From NCBI GenBank assembly GCA_036170295.1, contig JAVHOY010000190.1:1-34698 (forward strand): a stretch of DNA of 34,698 nt, written 5' to 3'. Of this stretch, positions 1 through 7,451 are shown piece by piece (position 1 is the first letter of the stretch; every line of letters starts with the position of its first letter). The notes beneath the pieces are model-generated. The model saw nothing but the letters and a program-made list of their open reading frames with translations. It made no database searches and was not told the origin of the DNA. The DNA is from a bacterium (GTDB lineage: Bacteria; Chloroflexota; Anaerolineae; Anaerolineales; Villigracilaceae). A program made the position numbers and the translations under genes.

Positions 1-884
1 ATGCGGATATAGCGTCCGTCTTGATCTACAACCAGCACTACGTCTTCCATCGAAGTGAATAATGCGCGCAGATCAGCCTCGGATTTGGAGAGAGCTTCTT
101 CTGATTTTTTGCGTTCGCTAATATCTTGATGCACGGCAAGGAAACCAAGAATTTTTCCATTCTCATCAAGAATGGCGGTATTCGTTCCTGATATGAAGAT
201 AATACGACCATCTTTTGTCTTGTTGACAATATCGCCCGAGATTGTGCCTCCGTTTAGAAGCGTTGCCCAGAAACTTTTGTATTGTTCATCTGGGATAAGA
301 CCAGATTTTATAATACGAGGCGTTTTCCCTAATGCCTCTTCATTTGTATATCCATACACCTTTTCAAAGCCCGGGTTTGTGTATTGAATTACGCCTTCAG
401 GGTCGGTAATGAATACGGCGTTATCAGTTCTGTCAATTCCAAGTTTGAATTTTTGAGCTTCTTGAAACAGGCGCGCATTTTCAAGCGCCAGCGCTAATTG
501 ATCAGAGACTTGTTTAACGAGCAGTTGTTCGTCCGTCGTCCATTCGCGCTCCGCGTTTTCGTCCATGACGCGCAAAACCGACCAATCGCCATAACCTGTT
601 TGAATATCCACCGAATAGGAAGATGCGCCAATCAGTTCGTAGGGACGATGCGCGGACTCGTTGGAAATCAGCGCGGGTTCCGCAACCTTAATTGCAGAGC
701 TGCGCGGCGCGATTTCTTCCGATTTTTGCCGAGCCGTTTGAAGGTCGGGCGCGGACGCGTTTATAGGCGCGGCTGATTCCTTCTCCGCTTTTGGTTTTCG
801 TCTATCTTTGACGCCGCTTTCTTCAGGATGAATCTCCTGAAAAAATTTGTCAAGCCGTTTGTTTATTTTCGGTTTCTTTGGCAT
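1..884 (-). CDS. 5' part of a PAS/GAF-fragment signal transduction protein (possible sensor histidine kinase), truncated by the window edge
   Basis: Hand translation from the ATG at 884 (overlaps the parA 3' end) is open to base 1. It reads MPKKPKINKRLDKFFQEI, then a low-complexity linker, then the half-GAF WTTDEQLLVKQVSDQLALALENARLFQE. A PAS-PAC follows (AVFITDPEGVIQYTNPGFEKVYGYTNEEALGKTPRIIKSG...FLAVHQDISERKKSEE), then the start of a second PAS (LFTSMEDVVLVVDQDGRY). No kinase domain is visible within the window. Confidence 0.85.
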   Translation of the reverse strand, partial: MPKKPKINKRLDKFFQEIHPEESGVKDRRKPKAEKESAAPINASAPDLQTARQKSEEIAPRSSAIKVAEPALISNESAHRPYELIGASSYSVDIQTGYGDWSVLRVMDENAEREWTTDEQLLVKQVSDQLALALENARLFQEAQKFKLGIDRTDNAVFITDPEGVIQYTNPGFEKVYGYTNEEALGKTPRIIKSGLIPDEQYKSFWATLLNGGTISGDIVNKTKDGRIIFISGTNTAILDENGKILGFLAVHQDISERKKSEEALSKSEADLRALFTSMEDVVLVVDQDGRYIR

Positions 885-1641
885 ATTCTATAAGTTCCTC
901 GGCAAGAATGCGGTATTGCGTCGAGCCGCGTGTGTTTGGTTTGTAGCGCGAGATGGGCATGCCCGCGATGGGGCTTTCGCGTAACTTGGTGTCTATTTCG
1001 ATCACGGTGTCAAACACGCCTGCGCCAAATGTCGAGCGCAGTTGTTCGTGGATGTTGCGATGTGTGCGATTTCTTTTGTCCAACATGGTGACGAGGATGC
1101 GATACGCGAGGTTTGAGTTGCCGCCTTCGCGCACGTTGCGGATGAGCGACATCATATTTCGCAGCGCATACGCGGAGAAGTATTCCGCTTGCGTGGGAAT
1201 GAGCAACAGGTCGGCGGCGGTCAGCGCGTTTTGAGTGATGGCGCCGATGGCGGGCGGGCAATCCAGCAGAATAAAATCGTAAGGCGCGGTTTCTAATAGG
1301 GTTGTGATTGCGCGTTGCAAGATGTTTGTGTAGTTTGTCCGCACGGGCAGATATTGTTCGCAGGTTTCAATGCGCGCGCTGGATTGCACAAGGTCGAGGT
1401 TTTCCACATCCGTTTTATAGCGCACGTTTGCCAGCGGTATATTATCCAGCAAAACTTCGCTGGAGGTGTGTTCGGCTTCGCTGGGTTCAAAACCGAGCGA
1501 GAGCGTCAGGTTGGCTTGCGCGTCAAGGTCTATTAATAAAACGCGATGCCCCATATCTACCAGCGCGGCGCCCAGCGAGAGCGTTGTTGTGGTTTTTGCC
1601 ACCCCGCCTTTTTCATTGGATACGGCGATTATCTTTAACAT
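850..1641 (-). CDS. Orphan ParA/Soj/MinD-family ATPase
   Basis: Deviant Walker A KGGVAKTTT, IDLDAQANL, Walker B LDCPP, TMLDKR and a C-terminal RESP..G.PI..Y.P..RG...Y motif; 263 aa; no parB next to it. Confidence 0.93.
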   Translation of the reverse strand: MLKIIAVSNEKGGVAKTTTTLSLGAALVDMGHRVLLIDLDAQANLTLSLGFEPSEAEHTSSEVLLDNIPLANVRYKTDVENLDLVQSSARIETCEQYLPVRTNYTNILQRAITTLLETAPYDFILLDCPPAIGAITQNALTAADLLLIPTQAEYFSAYALRNMMSLIRNVREGGNSNLAYRILVTMLDKRNRTHRNIHEQLRSTFGAGVFDTVIEIDTKLRESPIAGMPISRYKPNTRGSTQYRILAEELIEYAKETENKQTA

Positions 1642-1648
1642 GGTTACC

Positions 1649-4447
1649 TCAACTTGTGGGTTGATCTTTTTGCGGCGCGGTTTTCTTAGGAATAATTTCG
1701 ATGCGGCTTGCGCCTAACGCGCGCTTTAATTCTTCCACTGCGGTTTGGATCATTTCCTGCGGATCGTTCGTTCCGCGAATCTTGGCGGTGATGTCGGTGA
1801 CGAGTCTTTCGCGCGAGGCGCGCGAGGACGTTTCCTCAAAGAGGCGGGCGTTTTCCAGCGCAAGACCCAGCCGCTCCGTAACCGATTCAATGATGTTGAC
1901 TTGCTCCATAGATAACGCTTCGTTGTCTTTGTTTACGCGGATGTTCAAAGCGCCGATTGTCTGTCCGCGCAATTGAATGGGAACGGCAAGCGTATTTTTC
2001 CCATCTTCCAGAAGTAGGTCGGTTTCTGGCGCCGATTTGCGGGTGATGACCTTGCCGCCCATCGCGGTTTGATGATAGCCCAAAACATTTGAGGCGGCTT
2101 TACTTTGCCATGCCTCTGCAATATATTCGCTGAAAACAGACTGCGATTGAGCGAGGGCTTTTTTGCTTTCTTCCAGCAGACGCGCGTTGTCAATGGCGAT
2201 GGCGATTTGATCGGCGAGCAAACTAAGGACGGAAATATCCGAAGTCGTAAACGCGTTTGACTCCGTGCTTTGCACATCCAACGCGCCGATGACTTCTCCA
2301 CGCGCAGATAAGGGCAACGCCATTTCAGAGTGCGTTTCTGGCAGATCGGGATTGTTGAAGTATGCAGCGTCTGCGCCGGTGTCTAAAGCGATGCGCGGCG
2401 CGCCTGTGGCGGTTACGTTTCCTACAATGCCCGTCTGACCGACTTCGAGTTTATGTTCCCTTTTTAGCATCGCCTGTCCGCCGACGCTGTTGGCGGCGCG
2501 TAACACGGCGAAATTTTTATTTTCATTCAATAGAAATATGCCGACATGATAGAAGCCGAAGCGTTCGCTCACGGCGCGGGCGATGAGCGGTAGAAGTCCT
2601 TCCAAATCTTTTTCGGCGGAAATATAACGCGCGATTTCAGCGATGGTTTGCAGCTCGCTTGCGCGCTTTTCGCTTTGCGCCGTCGCCTTCTCCATTTCAG
2701 AAGTGCGTTGCGCGACTCTGTCTTCAAGGCTTGCGATCAATTCTTGAATTTCATCCGCCATACTGTTAAACGTTTTTCCCAAAACGCCGATTTCGTCGTT
2801 GGATTTGATTAGCGCTTTTTGTTTGAAATCGCCTGCGGAAATTTTTTCCGCCGCTTCCGTTAATTGAATGATTGGGTTGGTAAAAAAGTTTGAAACGAAT
2901 AAGGCGATGATTGCGGCAATCATCAAGATGATTGCGCTGGATGTGACTGTTACGCGGGTTTGATTCTGCGTCAGCGCGGCGATGGCGCTGATCGGTTGCG
3001 ACGCGACGACGATCCAATTTGTCCCCGTCACGCGCGCGGCGGCAGATTCCGCCAATTGTCCGCTATTCTCCAACGAGGGCGCTTGGAAGGATTTTTGCAG
3101 TTCCATTCCGCGCAACGCGCTGACAACTTCCGGCTGAGGCGCAAGCAGCGCGTTTTGATTGCCCGCTCTGAGAATATTTTTTCCTTGCAGGTCGAGCAAG
3201 GCTGCGTCGTCTATGTTCATGTAACTTTTATAGAGCAGATCGGGTTTTGAAGAATGACCCAAATTGATAAAATACGCGCTGTCTATGAGGAATGTATATT
3301 CCGTTTTGCTGGAGCGGCTTTGCGCGGCGGCTTGCAAAACGGACTGCAAAACATTAGCTTTATAAGTCGCCAGCAAAACGCCGATGACTTGCTGTTTTGC
3401 GTCGAAGATTGGCACGGCAAAATAAATAATGGGGGAGCTAAATTTTCTGGGAAACAACACGTTGGAAAGATAAGGTTTTTTGGCGTTAAGCGGCTCTGTA
3501 AAGAAAACCTGATTTTGATCAGACGAGTTGATGTTGGACGGAACGGTGTCAAGCAAGTTGCGTCCGTTTGCGTCGAGCAGCGCGTATGAAATAATATCTT
3601 CCGCGTCTTTTTTAGTAAAAGTTTGCAGGGCGTTCAGGGCGTGTTGTTCATGGTCGGAATTTTTTCTTTGGGAGGCTGGCATAGACACATAATTAATAAT
3701 ATCTGCGAGGCTCGCTTCCGTCGTCAGAATCTCGGATTGTTCATTGATGAAATCCGCTAAACTTCCGCTTGTCGAAGCGGCGCTCGCGCGCAAGCTCGCT
3801 TTGGCTTGATCTTGTAGGATAGTTTTGGATGTTATGTAAGTTTGCCAGCCAAGCATGATCAACGGCGTGGCGCTGAGGAAGAGAAACCCCACGATCAATT
3901 TTGTGCGTAGGTTGAATTTTGAAAATCGGCTTGCCACGATGGCGAGGTAGATCGCGCCGAGAATTAACGCGGTGGTCATGCCTGTTTCGGACGAAGAAAC
4001 TGCGGGAATTCTGTTCGTCGTATATTGATCAATAATGACTGTGACGATGGTTGCCAAAAAAGACAGCGCAATGACGCGCCCGATCCACTTGGGAGATAGG
4101 GCATAGACTGCAATAGCGGATATTAAAACAATGTTTGTAACGCCGTTGGGGATGGAGAGTCCTTGTTGAACAAAGACGCGACCAAAGATTGTAACGAGCA
4201 GCGCCGCAATGACCAACAAAACGCCCAGATCGCTTTTTCCGCGCCGACTCAGCCATGCGCCGACGAAGGCAGCCGCAATCGTGAGTAAGATCAAGTACAG
4301 GCTCAGCCCCAGCTGAATAGAGCGACTCACAAACATCGCGCTTGCCGCGATTAAGATAAAAATCACGCCCGTAGAAACGCAGATATTGAACGCATTTTTT
4401 GCGCGTTTTTCTAAATCGCTTTGGCTGTTTTCAATGGACTCTTGCAT
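1649..4447 (-). CDS. Membrane receptor: multi-TM + dCache + HAMP + GAF + split-GAF C-terminal module
   Basis: About 6 N-terminal hydrophobic helices; extracellular Cache-like region (ISYALLDANG...IYFAVPI...GVLLATY); HAMP (PIIQLTEAAEKISAGDF...DEIGVLGKTFNSM); GAF (FYHVGIFLL...ALDVQS...NARL). Confidence 0.88.
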   Translation of the reverse strand: MQESIENSQSDLEKRAKNAFNICVSTGVIFILIAASAMFVSRSIQLGLSLYLILLTIAAAFVGAWLSRRGKSDLGVLLVIAALLVTIFGRVFVQQGLSIPNGVTNIVLISAIAVYALSPKWIGRVIALSFLATIVTVIIDQYTTNRIPAVSSSETGMTTALILGAIYLAIVASRFSKFNLRTKLIVGFLFLSATPLIMLGWQTYITSKTILQDQAKASLRASAASTSGSLADFINEQSEILTTEASLADIINYVSMPASQRKNSDHEQHALNALQTFTKKDAEDIISYALLDANGRNLLDTVPSNINSSDQNQVFFTEPLNAKKPYLSNVLFPRKFSSPIIYFAVPIFDAKQQVIGVLLATYKANVLQSVLQAAAQSRSSKTEYTFLIDSAYFINLGHSSKPDLLYKSYMNIDDAALLDLQGKNILRAGNQNALLAPQPEVVSALRGMELQKSFQAPSLENSGQLAESAAARVTGTNWIVVASQPISAIAALTQNQTRVTVTSSAIILMIAAIIALFVSNFFTNPIIQLTEAAEKISAGDFKQKALIKSNDEIGVLGKTFNSMADEIQELIASLEDRVAQRTSEMEKATAQSEKRASELQTIAEIARYISAEKDLEGLLPLIARAVSERFGFYHVGIFLLNENKNFAVLRAANSVGGQAMLKREHKLEVGQTGIVGNVTATGAPRIALDTGADAAYFNNPDLPETHSEMALPLSARGEVIGALDVQSTESNAFTTSDISVLSLLADQIAIAIDNARLLEESKKALAQSQSVFSEYIAEAWQSKAASNVLGYHQTAMGGKVITRKSAPETDLLLEDGKNTLAVPIQLRGQTIGALNIRVNKDNEALSMEQVNIIESVTERLGLALENARLFEETSSRASRERLVTDITAKIRGTNDPQEMIQTAVEELKRALGASRIEIIPKKTAPQKDQPTS

Positions 4448-4549
4448 AAAATAAATTCCTAAATAGGTGTGCGGTTTTGACGGCGCAACTTAATGTATCA
4501 TCTTTTGGCGGCGACAGATGAATCTTCAACATTCTTACAACGCGTCTTT

Positions 4550-6409
4550 TTATTTTTCTGGCGCGGTTTTGCTTGGCGGTTGCAATTTGATAATCACATC
4601 CGCGTTTTCCAGCAGCGCGCTTAGTTCTTGGGCGGTGGTTTGCAGGATGCTTTCCGTTTGGAACGACGAACCGATTTTAGATGAAATATCGGAAACAACG
4701 CGCTCGCGTTCGGCGCGGCGGGAGGTCTCGTCGAACAGGCGCGCATTTTCAGCGGATAGCGCCACGCGCTCTGCGACGGCGTTGATCAGATCTATTTGAT
4801 CGGCGCTAACGTTTTCTTGACGCGGCATTTGCACACTGAGCGTTCCGATGGTTTCTCCGCGCAACAGAATCGGCACAGCGAATTCTGAGTTTTTATTATT
4901 TGAATCTGCCGCTTCTTCGTTTTCCTTAATCAATGTCGCGCCCAGCGCCGAGTAACGGAAGCCCGTAAATTTTTCTTCCTTGGGCAGGCGACTCCATGTA
5001 TCGCGCAGATATTGACGTTGAATCGCTTCGGCTTCGGCGAGCGTCTTTCGCGTTTGATCGAATAAGCGCGCGTTTTGAATCGCCAGGCTCACTTGTTCTG
5101 CAAGTCCGGACAACACTTCCACGTCTTCGTCTGAGAAGGCGTTAGATTCCGCGCTTTGAATATCCAGCGCGCCTTCGATCTTTCCTGCAATGCTCAAAGG
5201 CAGCGCCATTTCGGAGTGCGTCTCGGGCAAGTCGGGGTTGTTGAAATAGACCACGTCCTGACCCACATCCAGCGCGATGCGCGGCTTGCCTGTGCTGGTT
5301 GCGTAGCCGACGATGCCTTGTTCGCCGATCCTTAACTGATGACCGCGTTTGAGCATTCTCTTCCCGCCTTCGCTGTTTGCCGCCGCGAGAATGGCGTATT
5401 GGCTGTTGGCGTCGTTCAAGAAAATGCCGACGTGATAAAAGCCAAATTGCTGGCTGATCACTTGGGAAATGTAAGGCAACAATTCTTGCAGGCTGACGGT
5501 CGTGTTGATGGATTGCGAAACTTTTGTAATGGCTTCAAATTGTTTGGCGCGCCGTTCGATGTAAGCGACGGCGGTATTTAATTCGATCGTGCGTTCTGAT
5601 ACGCGCGATTCAAGACCGGCAATTAACTCGCGGACTTGTTTGGTTAGTTTGTTGAAAATATCCGCGATCACGGTGAGCTCGTCTGCGCCGCTGACGTGGA
5701 TGGTGTAAACGCCGCCTTTTTGGAAAGTCTCGGCGCTTGCGCGTAATTCAGCCAAAGGGCGGGTGATGCTGAGCGCGATCAGCGTGGAAGCCGTAAGCGC
5801 CAGGAAAAAACCGACGATGACCATGATCAACCCGACGCGACCGCTTTGCTGCGCGTCGTTAAATACTTCGTCGTTTGTTTTAGTAACTTGCGCGACGTTG
5901 TCGTTGACCACTAGCTCAAGCCGAGCGCTAATGTCGTTTCCCAATTTTTGCAGTTGAGACGCCAAACGTGTCGCGTCGCTGTTATTTCCCGCCATGTGCG
6001 CTTTTTGCAGGTCTGTGATTTGCTGTCGGTAGATTTCCAACGAGCGGATAATCTGGTCAATGGTTTGGGTTTGCGTCGCGTTGGTTGCAAGGCTTTTTGC
6101 TTCTTTTAGATTTCGCAGAGCTTGATTGCTGTCGTCTAGCGCTTCAAAGGGACTGGCGGCTAGGTCTTGAATATAGCGATTAAGATCTAATTGCGAAACC
6201 ACCACGCGCTGCGATGCAATCAAAAGTAGGCGTTCTATTTTTGTATCCACATTTGTAACTTGTCCAAGACGCGCCACCAGCGAGTTCAGGCTGAATAGAA
6301 TGATTGGCGCTATTGAGCCGGCAAGCAGCATGATCAGCATGAAACTGCCGATGATGCGTATGCGTACCGGTATTCGTCGTAAAAACTTGTCAAAAACCCA
6401 TTTAGCCAT
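4550..6409 (-). CDS. Membrane receptor: four-helix-bundle-like sensor + HAMP + GAF + split-GAF module
   Basis: Start moved to the ATG at 6409 (MAKWVFDK, AGAAGG upstream), which removes the overlap with the upstream gene. Two TM helices flank an all-helical ~150-aa region; HAMP and the conserved GAF follow. Confidence 0.85.
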   Translation of the reverse strand: MAKWVFDKFLRRIPVRIRIIGSFMLIMLLAGSIAPIILFSLNSLVARLGQVTNVDTKIERLLLIASQRVVVSQLDLNRYIQDLAASPFEALDDSNQALRNLKEAKSLATNATQTQTIDQIIRSLEIYRQQITDLQKAHMAGNNSDATRLASQLQKLGNDISARLELVVNDNVAQVTKTNDEVFNDAQQSGRVGLIMVIVGFFLALTASTLIALSITRPLAELRASAETFQKGGVYTIHVSGADELTVIADIFNKLTKQVRELIAGLESRVSERTIELNTAVAYIERRAKQFEAITKVSQSINTTVSLQELLPYISQVISQQFGFYHVGIFLNDANSQYAILAAANSEGGKRMLKRGHQLRIGEQGIVGYATSTGKPRIALDVGQDVVYFNNPDLPETHSEMALPLSIAGKIEGALDIQSAESNAFSDEDVEVLSGLAEQVSLAIQNARLFDQTRKTLAEAEAIQRQYLRDTWSRLPKEEKFTGFRYSALGATLIKENEEAADSNNKNSEFAVPILLRGETIGTLSVQMPRQENVSADQIDLINAVAERVALSAENARLFDETSRRAERERVVSDISSKIGSSFQTESILQTTAQELSALLENADVIIKLQPPSKTAPEK

Positions 6410-6429
6410 TTCTTGATACCTTCTTGATT

Positions 6430-7440
6430 TTAGGGCTTGGCTTGTTCCCAAAAACTATTGGTAAAAATAGTTTCTGGATTCGGCGTGGCGTTCAAAATCT
6501 TGTATGAATATAATGTGTCAATCACACGCAGTATATTTGCGCGATTTGTGTAGCCCAGCGGAAGCCCGCTCGCTTGCACAAGTTTGGAGATTTCCTTCAT
6601 CATTGCGAGCTGATGGTCGCGCGTTTGCGTGTGGCTGTCGTCGTATTTTAGAACAATATCCACCGCCTCTTCGGGATGGTCAACGGCGTATTGCCAGCCG
6701 CGCAGACTGGCGCGCAACATACTTGTGCAGAGTTGCGGATGATCCTTTGCGAATTGCGCGGAGGTGAACAGTACGTCCCCGGGAAAATCCAAACCGTAAT
6801 CTGCATAGTTGATAATCGTTAAATCTTCCGGCTTTATGCCGCTTTCGAGCACAGTGTAATATTCGTTGTAGATCATTGCCGAGGCGACGTCTAAATCGCC
6901 GTTGATGAACGCGTCCATGCTAAAGCCTTGAGAGACCAAAGTAAAGTCGTTGGGGCTGATGTTTTCCTTTGCAATCAGCGCGTCAAATTGCGCTTCCCAA
7001 TTTCCAAGCCAGATGCCGACTTTCTTTCCCTTAAAATCGCTTGGCTTATTGATGCCCGAACTTTTTTTTGCGAGCAACAGCAATCCGTTTGTTTGTTGGA
7101 TCTGCGCGATACTGATCAGATCGTTTGCGCCTTGATTGGCGACGATAATATCTGCAAGCAGATTTGTGCCAAATTGGGCGCTGCCGGCGCGTACCGAGTT
7201 GACTGGCGATATATCAGGTCCGCCTGGTCGGATGGTCAGGTCAATTCCTTCTTCCTGATACCAGCCTTTATCCAACGCAACGTAATATCCTGCAAATTGA
7301 GCCTGCGTGACCCATTGCAGATTGAGCGTTATGGGCGTTGTCGCGTTCTGCGTAGCGGTTGGCGTTTGGGCGCAGGCGGCGATCATGACGACACAAAGGA
7401 TCGTTATAAACAATCGAGTTAAATTTGAAATTTTCATCAT
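6430..7440 (-). CDS. NMT1/THI5-like substrate-binding lipoprotein
   Basis: Lipobox IAAC; family motifs LQWVTQAQFAGYYVA..KGWY..EG, DFKGKKVG and YGLDFPGDVLFTS. Confidence 0.88.
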   Translation of the reverse strand: MMKISNLTRLFITILCVVMIAACAQTPTATQNATTPITLNLQWVTQAQFAGYYVALDKGWYQEEGIDLTIRPGGPDISPVNSVRAGSAQFGTNLLADIIVANQGANDLISIAQIQQTNGLLLLAKKSSGINKPSDFKGKKVGIWLGNWEAQFDALIAKENISPNDFTLVSQGFSMDAFINGDLDVASAMIYNEYYTVLESGIKPEDLTIINYADYGLDFPGDVLFTSAQFAKDHPQLCTSMLRASLRGWQYAVDHPEEAVDIVLKYDDSHTQTRDHQLAMMKEISKLVQASGLPLGYTNRANILRVIDTLYSYKILNATPNPETIFTNSFWEQAKP

Positions 7441-7451
7441 GGTTTTTCCTT

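Noticed and set aside
850-1641. Plasmid or chromosome partition locus
   Set aside because: No parB, rep gene or recognisable parS array nearby.
4448-4549. Possible internal promoter or terminator in the largest intra-operon gap
   Set aside because: Only a weak extended -10-like TGATACATT; no convincing -35 or hairpin.
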